64,000 nucleotides of DNA from Stegostoma tigrinum (Eukaryota), in contig NC_081374.1 of the NCBI RefSeq assembly GCF_030684315.1, positions 11,892,837-11,956,836 on the forward strand, in the 5' to 3' direction. The notes beneath the pieces are model-generated. The model was not told the origin of the DNA, made no database searches, and saw only the letters and a program-made list of their open reading frames with translations. A program made the translations under genes and the position numbers. Positions within the stretch are counted from its first letter, which is position 1. Each line of letters opens with the position of its first letter. Shown one piece after another: positions 11,961 to 24,804 of this stretch.

Positions 11961-13228
11961 CATTTGTCACATTCTTTATGATAGATTCTGGCATTTAACT
12001 TACAACTGATGTAGGCTGACAGATCAGTTCTGAGGAAGGTTTATTGGACATGAATAGCCACCTCTGTTTTTTGCCTTCACAGATGATGCTAGACCTGCTG
12101 AGCTTTTCCAACAACTTATTTTTCGTTCCTGATTTACAGCTTCCACAGTTCTTTCTTCCTTAACTATTTCTCCCCTTTCTCTTTCCATTAGTAAACAGGT
12201 GACATTTGCAAGCTTCCAGTCTGAAGAAATCATTCTACAATATTTGGGAATATAATTAGCAATGCATCATCTATCTCCACTGACACATCTGGCAACACTT
12301 TAGAATATAGACTATCAGCTGATGGGGATTTATCAATTCTATGAATTTCTCCTGCAGAAGCTTTCAATTTAATGTTTTCTTTGTTAGGTATAAGCCTATT
12401 GTTTTAATCTCATTAGTATTTAACTTTCTGTTCTCAACTACAGTTCATCTGGTTTATTTTGAGCGGAATATTTTGTTTCTGTAAGCCATGAAATGGGTCT
12501 TTATGACTGTCCGTTGCCTTTATACTATCCTGCCTTTTTAATTCTGCCAATGTGTGCCTGTCTCATTCATAACTTTCCCAATTCAACCGTCCTTCAGTTT
12601 GAAATACCTCATTTCCAGGCATAATGTACAATTCTGTCATATTCTGAACATTCATCCCTGAAGGTTCTTTTACAGCAAGGTCATTAATTAGCTGTTTCCC
12701 ATAACATTATAGTACATTCAAAATAACCTGTGCTCTCGTCAGGTCGTCAACATGCTGCTCCACAAAACCAATCATGGTCATGGTAGCTTAGAGTATCACA
12801 AGTTTTGGGAGCAACACAGCAGTTCTCAGGATTTGTGGAAGCCAGCCAAACCCACTGACATCCATTTTGGAGGCATAGAATACTCCAGCAAGCAATGTGG
12901 CCCTTTGTCCCATCATGCCCATGCTGGTCCCATGTACCAGCACTTCACCTGTAAGTCTTGTGGGGTCTGGCACTTCAAGTGATCACTTGAAAAGATTCTA
13001 AGTTTTCTACAGGATTGCAGTCTGTGAGTGAGGTAATCCCATGAGAGGGTGATTTAATTAAAGACTGTTAACTCTGAAGTCATGCAACATTAAGATGATA
13101 TTTGGATAGCAACTGTGGAGATTCCAAAATGAAAAAAAATTGGATAAAAGATAGAAATGATGAAATTAGCAGAATATTTGATATTTAGATCCTCAGTCAG
13201 TATCTCATCATTTGCTTCTTTCTCAATG

Positions 13229-13552
13229 AACCTGTGTCTGTTCTGATAATTCAGTTTTTATCACCATCAAATATCTCGTGTTTTGAGAACTCAGATTCTA
13301 CCTCCTGTGAGTCTGCCCAGGGATCCCTTCCCATTCGGTACAAATGGCATGAACAGATATCATCTGAAGATACAAAGATTTTTGAGATCAATAAGCTGCA
13401 TCTAAAATGTCAATTATTTAAACTGTAACTTCATTGATTTTACTGCACAGCATCAAATACTCAGGGAGAAAACTCCAGTGAAATGGTGAATGTATCAGTC
13501 ATCTACAAACCAGAGAAGAACTGCACTTTTGTGGCACAAATTGGGAGCTGTG
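13229..13552 (+). pseudogene. G1 C2-type Ig exon (disabled)
   Basis: EPVSV...SCESAQGSLPIRYKW...LHLKC..*..*FYCTASNTQG...EKNCTFVAQIGSC G|gtaaat. The acceptor AG is mutated to TG (13227-13228); stops at 13426 and 13435. Confidence 0.9.
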
Positions 13553-14353
13553 GTAAATATTATTTTTAGATTCTTCAAGTGTCGTTGTGTTTTTCAAAGA
13601 ATATCTGCATTAGTCAGATATAATATATCTTCTCCCTTGTGAATACATCTCTCCCAGACCAAATGAGCTTATGTTCTAAAAGCAGTCAATTTAACCGGGT
13701 TTCCTTGAGTTAATAAAGAGTGAGTTTGTTTGTTAATAAACCAGAATATTAATACTGCAACACACATACATAGAGATTTAGAATATGAAGTGAAACCAAA
13801 GAATAGTAGTTCGTTAAAGATGTACAGTTCAGCCTCTGAGTTGTTTCTAAAGAGTGGGTAGTAGAACATTACAGCCATTTTCGTGAACATTACTTGTTGG
13901 ACTGAACAGTTGATTGACATTCTTGGCTTTGTAGATTGTTTGAAATTATTTTTTCCTAGTCCCTTTTGACAGAGGCAGGCGCGCTTCACTCTAAGTAAGA
14001 AAGAGTTTTATGCCCCTCTGTATGTACAGTGCAGGATTGTTTAAAGACTGTTCTCAAAGCTGTGACTTTTGTATAGTTGCATTGTAGCCATAGTTAAATC
14101 AGCATTTTGACCCATTTATAGAAAGAATCAGTCCACGAAACCCTCGGGTATGAACCCATGACCAAAGGAAATCAAAAGATCAATATTCAACATTATATAT
14201 CACATGACAATGGAAATGACATAAAGATTAAACCATTAATCCCCTCCCCAGTCTGCCAAAAAAGTCCTTGGGGCCCATTTGCGAAGAGAGGCCTCTTGGT
14301 TGACTGCAACTGAGAATCAGAATAAATTGAACATTTTCCCCATTTCTCCATAG

Positions 14354-14534
14354 GAATTGAATTTAACTGTGAAGCTTCTCCGACAATGTCACCAGCAACT
14401 TCAACAACATCATCAAAAACTTCAAGAACATCACCAACAAATTCAAGAACAACACTGACAAATACAACGATTGCACCAACTATTTCAACTACAGATTCAA
14501 CCATATTTTCAAGGCCTGTGAATGCCAGTGAAAG
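14354..14534 (+). pseudogene. G1 Ser/Thr-rich mucin-like stalk exon
   Basis: tctccatag|GIEFNCEASPTMSPATSTTSSKTSRTSPTNSRTT...NASE AG|gtacaa; phase 1 to 2, compatible with both flanking exons. Confidence 0.8.
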
Positions 14535-15636
14535 GTACAATTGCCAATGTTTCCATCGGTATTGCTATCAAGTGAGAATAAATGATTAAGTATCTTGTCA
14601 CAACTGTTTGCAAAAGCTAGCTTCCTACCCCAGTGTCTAATTTATCAGAATGGTTAAGATGGCTGAATTTGCACCATGTTATTTTATGAGCTCATTGCCA
14701 GTGGTATAACTGCTGTGAGGGTGGTGAGGTAAGAGTGGGACATAAAAGCATTTGGATGAGCATTTGAAGTGTCATAGCAGACAGAACTATGGGCTTATGG
14801 TGTGCGAAATTGGGATTAGTGTAGATAGCAATGTGTTTTTGGCAATACAGAATCAATGGGCCAAAGGCCCTCTTCTGTACTGTATGATACCATGATAAAT
14901 ATTTCCAATTTGTTGATCCTCACATACTGCTGGTTTTAGTCTTCACCTTAATTACTTCACTTTAACCCTATCACATGGAATGGTCATTGTCACACTCCCG
15001 CATTGCCATCTTTCATTAACCTTGCCTGTTCTGGGAATGGCTCTGAAAGAAAAGTTGCATTCTTTTTCATTTTGTCCATCTCATTTATCTTTATATTACA
15101 GAGAGATTCCAAACTGAGAGTTGGGGAGTGCTCTCTGCTTCGAGCTGGTTGCCAATTAGTTGCCAGCTGGTGCGCCAGAGCAGATTGGGGTGAAGGGCCT
15201 GTATTGTGCTGAACTGTTCTATGTTCTATGTTCTACGTTCTATGATAGTTTGAGTATTCTTAAGTCCTGAGGGGCATCTCACAATTGCTACCTGACCCCA
15301 AGAGCATTGCTTCCCTTAGGTGACCAGTTTGTAATGTTCTTAACATATAAAATTATGCCCAATGTTACAATTAATTGTGGACATGTCAGTGAACATTGCT
15401 TTATTTTACTGGAAAAGCTCAACAGGCCTGGCAGCATCTGTGAAGAAAAAAAATCAGTTAATGTTAACAATGGTTTCTTTCTTGACAGATGTTGCAAGAC
15501 CTGCTGAGCTTTTCCAGCAACTTCTGTTTTTGTTCCTGATTTACAGCATCTACAGTTCTTTTGATTTTTATTACTGTATCTTTATTTGATAATCACACCA
15601 TTGTCTTTTGTGCATAATCTGCGCTTAATCCTTCAG

Positions 15637-15745
15637 ATAAGGTCCCTTCTTTCTGATGCTTTTCTTGTTAAAATATGCTAAAATTGCTGTCCTGGTGATT
15701 TGGGCTGTTTCAGTCACGGTGTATACAAGACAATCTAAGGTACAG
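15637..15745 (+). pseudogene. G1 transmembrane exon with Lys residues (activating type), premature stop
   Basis: ccttcag|A TAA GPFFLMLFLLKYAKIAVLVIWAVSVTVYTRQSKVQ|gtaatg; phase-2 start matches the stalk exon. Confidence 0.7.
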
Positions 15746-16130
15746 GTAATGCACTTTGACACATTCCTCCACTGCTTTTAACAATACTGATCACAGATAA
15801 TGTGAATCAGAACATTCATTGATAGAAATCCTTTCATGGCCCCAGGATGAAACAAAATGTGTTACAGCCAACACTGTAAGCGTGTTACTGTTGTCAAGCA
15901 GGAAAATCAAGTTGATCCTCATTCTGGATGGAATTATAATTTTTAAACTTTGTTGCTTCATCCACCCAGAAGGGATCAGTGTTACATCAGTCTAGTCTAA
16001 TCTCTGATGTATGAAAGTTTCACAGTGTGTTTGGTGGATGTTTTTATAACTTAATGACTTTGTCTTTACGACATCCCAGCCAAACTTAAAAAAGTTATCT
16101 TTCAAATATTAGCATCAATTTTTCAACAAA

Positions 16131-18108
16131 GAGAGAGCGGTGGAGCTTCTAGTGAAAAGGAAGAAGGTAGCTTACATAAGGTGGAGGAAGCTAGGGTCAA
16201 GTTCAGCTAGAGAGGATTACATGCAGGCAAGGAAGGAGCTCAAAAATGGTCTGAGGAGAGCCAGGAGGGGGCACGAGAAAGGCTTGGCAGAAGGAATCCG
16301 GGAAAACACAAAGGCATTTTACACTTACGTGAGGAATAAGAGAATGGTCAAAGAAAGAGTAGGGCCGATCAGGGATAGCATAGGGAACTTGTGTGTGGAG
16401 CCTGAGGAGGTAGGGGAAGCCCTAAATGAGTTTTTTGCTTCTGTCTTTACGAAAGAATCGAACTGTGTAGTGAATGAAACCTTTGAAGAGCAGGTGTGCA
16501 TGCTGGAATGGATAGAGATAGAGGAAGCTGATGTACTGAAAATTTTGTCAAACATTAAGATTGACAAGTCGCCAGGCCCGGATCAGATTTGTCCTCGGCT
16601 GCTTTGGGAAGCGAGAAATGCAATTGCTTCGCCACTTGCGAAGATCTTTGCATCCTCGCTCTCCACTGGAGTCGTACCTGAGGACTGGAGAGAGGCAAAT
16701 GTAATTCCTCTCTTCAAGAAAGGAAATAGGGAAATCCCCGGCAATTATAGACCGGTAAGTCTCACGTCTGTCGTCTGCAAGGTGTTAGAAAGGATTCTGA
16801 GGGATAAGATTTATGACCATCTGGAAGAGCATGGCTTGATCAAATACAGTCAACACGGCTTTGTGAGGGGTAGGTCATGCCTTACAAACCTTATCGAGTT
16901 TTTTGAGGATGTGACTAGTAAGGTTGATGAGGGTCGAGCTGTGGATGTGGTGTATATGGACTTCAGTAAGGCATTTGATAAGGTTCCCCATGGAAGGCTC
17001 ATTCAGAAGGTCAGGAGGAATGGGATACAGGGGAACTTAGCTGCTTGGATACAGAATTGGCTGGCCAACAGAAGACAGCGTGTGGTAGTAGAAGGAAAAT
17101 ATTCTGCCTGGAAGTCAGTGGTGAGTGGGGTTCCACAGGGCTCTGTCCTTGGGCCTCTACTGTTTGTAATTTTTATTAATGACTTGGACGAGGGAATTGA
17201 AGGATGGGTCAGCAAGTTTGCAGACGACACAAAGGTCGGAGGTGTCGTTGACAGTGTAGAGGGCTGTTGTAGGCTGCAGCGGGACATTGACAGGATGCAG
17301 AGATGGGCTGAGAGGTGGCAGATGGAGTTCAACCTGGATAAATGCGAGGTGATGCATTTTGGAAGGTCGAATTTGAAAGCTGAGTACAGGATTAAGGATA
17401 GGATTCTTGGCAGCGTGGAGGAACAGAGGGATCTTGGTGTGCAGATACATAGATCCCTTAAAATGGCCACCCAAGTGGACAGGGTTGTTAAGAAAGCATA
17501 TGGTGTTTTGGCTTTCATTAACAGGGGGATTGAGTTTAAGAGTCGTGAGATCTTGTTGCAGCTCTATAAAACTTTGGTTAGACCGCACTTGGAATACTGC
17601 GTCCAGTTCTGGGCGCCCTATTATAGGAAAGATGTGGATGCTTTGGAGAGGGTTCAGAGGAGGTTTACCAGGATGCTGCCTGGACTGGAGGGCTTATCTT
17701 ATGAAGAGAGGTTGACTGAGCTCGGTCTCTTTTCATTGGAGAAAAGGAGGAGGAGAGGGGACCTAATTGAGGTATACAAGATAATGAGAGGCATAGATAG
17801 AGTCGATAGCCAGAGACTATTTCCCAGGGCAGAAATGGCTAGCACGAGGGGTCATAGTTTTAAGCTGGTTGGTGGAAAGTATAGAGGGGATGTCAGAGGC
17901 AGGTTCTTTACGCAGAGAGTTGTGAGAGCATGGAATGCGTTGCCAGCAGCAGTTGTGGAAGCAAGGTCATTGGGGTCATTTAAGAGACTGCTGGACATGC
18001 ATATGGTCACAGAAATTTGAGGGTGCATCCATGAGGATCAATGGTCGGCACAACATTGTGGGCTGAAGGGCCTGTTCTGTGCTGTACTGTTCTATGTTCT
18101 ATGTTCTA
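16131..18108 (+). mobile_element. Young 5'-truncated CR1 LINE with an uninterrupted RT ORF (16140-18020)
   Basis: 626-aa open frame with NYRPVSLTS, DFSKAFD, GVPQGSVLGP and FADD motifs; (ttctatg)n tail. Confidence 0.97.
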
Positions 18109-19095
18109 AAGGTGACAAGTGATACATGCAGAGAAAAAAAATCAGCAAAGAAGTGAACAAATAAGTGACTTAGATCAAGACAAATTCCTCTGCCCTTCCT
18201 TCAATATAATGTCGTGACAGCTGTTGGTACTGGGACAAACATATGACAATCAGTTTCACCGCAGAGAACTAACTCTTTTCAAGTCTGAGGTGTGATAGAC
18301 TATCAGGCCAAACAGCCTCAGTCCCAGGTAAAAAAAAACTCCATGTGACATAGAAATACCAATCTCACCGCAGCAAGGATAATGCTCCAAGTCTAGAATT
18401 TTCCTTGGGATGGGAGCAGAACATCTCAAAACTGAGAGAAAGGGCAAATTTATCCAGATGGAGCTCAATGTGAGGAAGTGAGAGTTCATCCTCTTTGGAT
18501 TTGATAAAGACAAGTCAGAATAATTTATTTAACAAAAACAGAAACTGCCAAAGAAACTCAGCAGGTCGAGCAGGATCTGTGAAGAGAAAGCAGAGTCAAC
18601 TCTTCAGGTTCTTAGATAATAAAATGTGAGGCTGGATGAACACAGCAGGCCCAGCAGCATCTCAGGAGCACAAGCTTCTTCTTCAGGATTGTTATTTGAC
18701 TCGAAATGCTAACTCAGCTTCTCTCTGCACTGATGCTGCCAAACCTGTAGAGTTTCTTCAGTAATTTCTGTTTATGCTTCAGATTTTCAGCATACACAGT
18801 TTCTTTGTTTTTAGTTCAAAATGATTTCTTAACGTTGAGAGAATAGAATATGTGCACAGGCGTAATAAGTATGCTGTACACCAAACTTCACAAAAAGGAG
18901 TGTATAAATGCAGAAAACAATTTGAGGATCAGCTAATGTTGGCCTTTAAAGGAATTGGAATTTAAAAAGTCAGAAAGCGATGTTTGAGTTCTATAGAATC
19001 GTGGTGTGATCCACTGTGTAATTCTGCATTTAGCTTTGTCACTAAAACCCGGAAGAGAAACACTGGCATTGTGAGGGTGCAATGTAAATTCATGT

Positions 19096-20850
19096 AGATT
19101 TGTAGCTCGGGTTGTGGGTGTTGAGGTTGGTTGGCTCGCCGAGCTGGTTCATTGTTGTTCCACAGACGTTTCATTACCCTGCTGGGTAACATCATCAGTG
19201 CAGCCTCCGATGAAGTGCTGTTGTGTTTTCCTGCCTGTTATTAAAACTCTGGAGTCCATTGGGCTGGATTACCTCACTTGGGGTTTTCCTTCGCAGTGGA
19301 GTGTACATGTGTTTGTTGATGGCTTTCTTCGCGGAGAACCAGGCTTCGAGGAATTCCCGTGCCTGTCTCTGCTTACCTTGTCCCACGATATTCGTGTTGT
19401 CCCAGTCGAACTGGTGGCTCTCCTCATCCATGTGGATAGAGATGATTGAGTATTGGTTCTGTCTTTTTGTAGCCAATTGGTGTTCATGTGTCCTTGTTGT
19501 TAATTTCCATCCTGTTTATCCAAAGCAGTGTTTGCCACAGTCTCTGCGGGGAATCTTATATATGACATTGGTCCTGTCCATAGTGGGTCTTTGGTTCGGG
19601 TGAGCAGTTGTTGTAGGTGAAACCATCTCCACTGACAACATGTTGAAGCTACTGGACCTATGCCTCATCACCCCCTTCACTTTCAACAGCCAAGTATATG
19701 AACAGATCAATGGGACTCCCGTGGGCTCACCTATCTCCGGACTAATAGTTGAGGTGGTGATGCAAAGACTGAAAAGTACGGCCCTTCCGCTAATCCAACC
19801 AAAACTATGGATACACTGTGTGGATGACACCTTTGTCATCATTAAACCGGCCAAACTAGAGAAGACACACCAGCTAATAAACAACAATCTCACCGGAATC
19901 AAATTCACAGAGAGGAGGAGAAGAGCAAACAGCTCCCATTCCTGGACGTCATGGTAGAGCACAGCACCAATGGGAAACTCCAAACAAAATTACATGGAAG
20001 GCCACACTCACTTACCAGGTACTGAGCTTCAACAGTAACCATCCCAGCACACACAAACGAAGATGTGTGCAAGCACTATTTAAACAGGCAACAACACACT
20101 GCAGCAACATGGAACTACACCAAGAAGAAGAAGAATACCTCTTCCAGGTTTTCAGGGATAATGGATATCCCAAAAACTGGGTCAGAAGACGCCGACATGA
20201 ACAACATCAACAAGATACTACACGCCCAGACACACTCATCACACTACCCTGTATCAGGAACACATTGGGATTAACCACAAGACTCCTACGGCCGCTGGTC
20301 ATCAGAGTGGCCCACAAACCCACATTAACCCTACGACTACTGCTCACCCTAACCAAAGACCTACTACCCACTATGGACCAGACCAATGTCATATATAAGA
20401 TTCCCTGCAGAGACTGTGACAAACACTGCTTTGGATAAACAGGATGGAAATTAACAATAAGGATACATGAACACCAATTGGCTACAAACAGACAGAACCA
20501 ATACTCAATCATCTCTATCCACATGGATGAGGAGAGCCACCAATTTGATTGGGACAATACCAAGATCCTGGGACATGCAAAGCAGAGAGAAGCACATGAG
20601 TTTCTAGAAGCCTGGTACTCCATGAAGAAAGCCATCAACAAACACATAGAACTCAACCTCATATACACTCCATTGCGAAGGAAAACCAGAAGTGAGCTCA
20701 TCCAGCTCAACAGGCTCCAGACTTTAAATGCCAGGCGGGAAAACACAACAGCGCGTCATTGGAAACTGTACTGGTGATGTTACCCAGCAGGGTAATGGAA
20801 CGTCTCCGGAACAACAATGAACCAGGTCGGCAAGCCAACCAGCCACAAAC
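19096..20850 (+). mobile_element. Penelope-like element with an inverted copy of its 3' part at 19096-19620
   Basis: RT (GTPVGSPISG, CVDD) and GIY-YIG-like (NVIYKIPCRDCDKHCFG) peptides. 19096-19620 is the reverse complement of ~20330-20850. It interrupts an old CR1 remnant. Confidence 0.9.
19162..19201 (-). ncRNA. Minimal hammerhead ribozyme motif
   Basis: Minus strand reads gca-CTGATGA-t-gttaccc(agca)gggtaat-GAAAC-GTC-tgt. Confidence 0.65.
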
Positions 20851-21469
20851 TAATGTACCTGTGATTAAAGAGTTCAATCAGGAGGACAGATTGCATCAAC
20901 TTGGCTTGTGTTCCCTTGAGTTTGCAAAGATGACAGCTGGACTGATTGAGCTATTTCTAACTCTTTAGGGAATCACACGGATGCATATAGATTGTAGAGA
21001 AACTGATTGGAATTCTAGCATGGGGAGATATAATCTGAAAGGCTATGTTGGTGATGCTGTAACTGCAGAGGGTGCTCTTCCTATACATGCAGTTGCAATA
21101 CCAATAAATTTACAGGGAAAGTGCAGATTTTGCTAAACTCAAAAGGCTAATAAGTGGAAACAGTGCTTACGGCTCTCATGTTTTTGGTTTTAACAGACAC
21201 ATACAAGCCTCAGTCCATATCCCCTCATCACCCGTTCCTCCACTGTCTCTGCTCTCCTTTCACATGGAATCATCCTGTTACTCGAACATATCACATAAAT
21301 TCACACACAGCAGAGATGGACAGGAGCATGTTTACTTCCTCACATGAATGATGTTTCGTGAGCAAATGTTAGAGGCATCCATTTCAAAAAAAACAATTGC
21401 CAGCATACATTTTGACAATGCTTTTTTAAAACATCGCTGCTATAATTCTAAAATGTCTAGTGTATTGAA

Positions 21470-22500
21470 TGATGTGGAGGTGCCCATGTTGGACTGGGTT
21501 GAACCAGGAAAGAAAAAATCACATGACGCAAGGTTACAGTCGACAGATTTATTTGAAGACACGAGCTTCTGGAGGCTTGCTCCTTCTTCAGGTGTCACTG
21601 AGAGACGTAATATCAGACACAGAATTTAGAAGCATAAGATCAAAAGGCCATAGAACTGGTATAAATGTGTTGAATAAATGTAAAATGGCTGCTAAATCAT
21701 CAATCAGTTAGAAAGGATTAATATGCAAATCCCAGAATTTCTTTCAAGTCACTGTCCCGAGATAACTAAAGGTTTTATCAGGTAACAGAGTTGGCATCTC
21801 AGGTCAGACCACATTTTAGGAGTGAGGCCAGTGCACTCTTTATCTGTGATGTGGTGATATCTCTGTCTCTACTATCCACGAAGATCTCAGCCTTGTGAGT
21901 CCATCACAGTGACTCCCAATCACTTATGGCCTTAATTCACACAGTGTAGCTGTATCCAACTATCCTTGAACTTCATTCAAAGTTCCCTCTGTGCAACCCA
22001 CGTAGTTCTATTGCCTTGTCTGCAGTCACATGACACCAAGCTATAGTCCGACAGGTTTATTCAAAAACACAAGCTTTCAGTGTGTTGTCCGTTCATCAGA
22101 TGAAGTGAGAAAAAAGCACACAGAACACAATTTTTCAGTAAAAGATCAAAGGTTCGCACAACTGATGAGAATATATTAAACAAAACTAAGATGCTGTTAA
22201 ATTTTTAATCATTTAGAAGTTTTTAATTGATTACTAAGTATTTGTACATCACTGAATTTATTTCATTCACTGCCCTGAAAGATCGGTAAGTTTTATCAGT
22301 GTAAAGAGGTGACATTTTCGGTCAGACAATGCACGCTAAGTGTGAGGCCTTGTTTAGAATGTATTTGTGTTTTGGTTTGGAGACAGGCTAGTTTTCTTTC
22401 AAAAGTAGGAATTTATAAAATGCCTCAATGACTGATTGATTGTGTATAAATTGTGTGTTTTTGAACAAAATATCATGTATCTGCAAATAGAAATTCACCG

Positions 22501-22558
<58 letters not shown>

Positions 22559-23250
22559 ATGTGTGTGTGTGTGTGTGCTTGTGTGTAGTGGGTTGGTGTT
22601 ACCTGTAGTGTGACATGAACCCAAGATCTCGGTTGAGTCTGTCCTCATAGGTACCGAACTTGGTGATCAACCTCTGCTTGGTGACTCTGCCTTGTTGTGT
22701 ATCCCAAAGTTTGCCTTGGAGGATGTTTACCTGAAAATCCTCAAACCCACCAAACCCACGACCACTTCTATCTAGAAGGGCAAGGGCATCAGACATATGG
22801 GAACGCACCACTTCCAAGTTCCCCTCCAAGTCACTCCTGACTTGGAAATATATTGCCGTTCCTTCACTGTCACTGGGTCAAAATTCTTGAATTCCCTCCC
22901 AGATAGCATTGTGAGTCAACACACAGCAGGAGGACTGGAGCAGTTCAAGAAGGCAACTCACTATCACCTTCTCAATGGCAACTAGGGACCGACAATAATG
23001 CAGTGATACCCACATCCCACAAGTGAATAAAAAAAAGTTCTGAGGATGAATGCCTTGACCGCTGAAGTGTTATCCACTGGGAGAGTTCATCTCTGTCGGC
23101 GATTGTTGTCCGGTGTCCGTTAATCCATCACCGTAGCTTCTGCATGGTTTTGCTGATACACCATGCCTTGAACACCTACCACAAGCATGGCAGATACTCC
23201 TGTAACTTAACCAATGTGGTCTATCTCATACTCTGCAGGCAAAGATGCAT
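21470..23250 (-). mobile_element. Degenerate Penelope-like remnants (another family), interrupted by a LINE 3' fragment at ~22740-23036
   Basis: Minus-strand QRLITKFGTYEDRLNRDLGF is a GIY-YIG C-terminus. Decayed CTGA(T/A)GA...GAAA motifs near 21563-21592 and 22070-22100. Confidence 0.6.
22505..22586. repeat. (TG)n microsatellite
   Basis: Directly visible. Confidence 0.98.
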
Positions 23251-23259
23251 TAACTCTAT

Positions 23260-23780
23260 CGATACCTCTTGTTAGTTTATGAACTTCCTCAATCTCCTCA
23301 AACTCCTCCAGTCCAGTCTTTATAACGCAAACCTTCCACACCCAGCAGCAAACTGGTAAATCTCTTCTGAACCCTCTCCAGCTTGATAATATCCTAATTA
23401 TAATAGGCGAGCAGAGCTGGACACAACCTCCAGAAGAGTCCTCACCAATGTCCTGTACAACCTCAACATGACCTCCCCTCCCAACTCCTGTGCTCAAAGG
23501 ACTGAGTAATGAAGGCAAGCATGCCAAACGCCTTTCTAACCACCCTGTCTATATGTGACGCAAACTTCAAAGAATTACGTACCTGCACCTGTAGGTCCCT
23601 CCTGTTCTACAATTGTACCCAAGGACTTACCATTAATTGTGTAAGGCCCACACTTTTTGTTGCACCAAGATGCAATGCCTTGCATTTATTCAGATTGAAC
23701 TCCATCTGCCATTTTTCAGCCCAGTGGCACAATTTATCAAGATTCCTTTGCATTCTCAGAAAACCTTCTTCACTGTCTTT
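23260..23780 (-). mobile_element. Degenerate CR1 RT fragment
   Basis: Reverse complement of the CR1 region MEFN..KC..LH through RRF. Confidence 0.75.
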
Positions 23781-24114
23781 TTATTAATTCATTCATGGCA
23801 TGTGGGTGCCAGGGGCTGGGCCAGCAGTTATTGCCCGTCCCCCATTGCCCACAGGTTTGCTCAGAGTCAATGACAATGCTTTGGATCTGGAGTCACATGT
23901 AGACCAGACCAGGTATGGACAGCAGCTTCCTTCCCTAAAAGACATTTGCAAACCAGATGAAGATTTCTGAAAATTGATAATGGGTTTGTGGGCATCATTA
24001 GAGGCTTAATTCTAGACACTTACTGAATTCAAATTCTACCATCTGCCATGGAAGGATTTGATCCCGGGTGCCATTGAACATTACCTTGGTCTCTAGATTA
24101 GCAATAGCACAGGG

Positions 24115-24455
24115 TGGGAGGCAATGACCGAGTGGTATTATCACTAGACTGTTAGTCCTGAGACTGAATAACGTTCAGGGGATCCGGGTTCAAAATCCTG
24201 GCAGGGAAGATGGTGAAATTCAAATTCAATAAAATATCTGGAATTAAGAATCTAATAATAACCATGAATCCATTGTTGATTGTCAGGAAAAACGCACCTG
24301 GTTTACAAATCTCCTTCAGGGATGGAAACTGCCATCCTTACCTGACTGGCCTACATGTGACTCCAGACTCAGAGCATTCTGGTTGTCTCTGAACTGCCCT
24401 CTGGGCAATGAGGTACGGACCATAAATACTGCCTAGGGAATAACATCCTCATCCC
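24115..24455 (+). mobile_element. tRNA-derived SINE (non-HE1)
   Basis: A/B-box-like head (gagtggtattatc..., gggttcaaaatcc). The tail resembles the LINE 3' end at 22960-23036. Confidence 0.5.
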
Positions 24456-24804
24456 ATCAATGAATTTTAAAAATGTCCAGCAATAATACCATAGAGCCAT
24501 TGACTCCCATTCTGAGCCAACAATTTTGGCATCATCTATAAATTTACTAATCATGCCTTCCATATTCTCATCCAAATCATTTGCACAAGTGACAAACAAA
24601 AGAGGACCTAGAACTGATCCCGATGGAATTCCACTGTTCACAGGCCTACAGTCTGAAAAGCAACCATCCACCGTTACTGACATAGCAAGAACTGCAGATG
24701 CTGGAGTCAGAGATAATAAACTGTGGAGAAGGGATGCGGCCCGAAACGTCAACTTTCCTGCTCCTCTGATGCTGCTTGGCCTGTCATATTCATCCAGCTC
24801 CACA

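Noticed and set aside
14193-14540. Val/Glu-rich minus-strand ORF resembling a membrane protein
   Set aside because: It is the antisense shadow of the Thr/Ser-rich stalk exon.
21197-21298. Possible short cytoplasmic terminal exon of G1 (ttttaacag|THTSLSPY...)
   Set aside because: Supported only by an acceptor-like site; no homologous copy or motif in the window.
22388-22648. His-Thr repeat ORF
   Set aside because: Translation of the (TG)n microsatellite.
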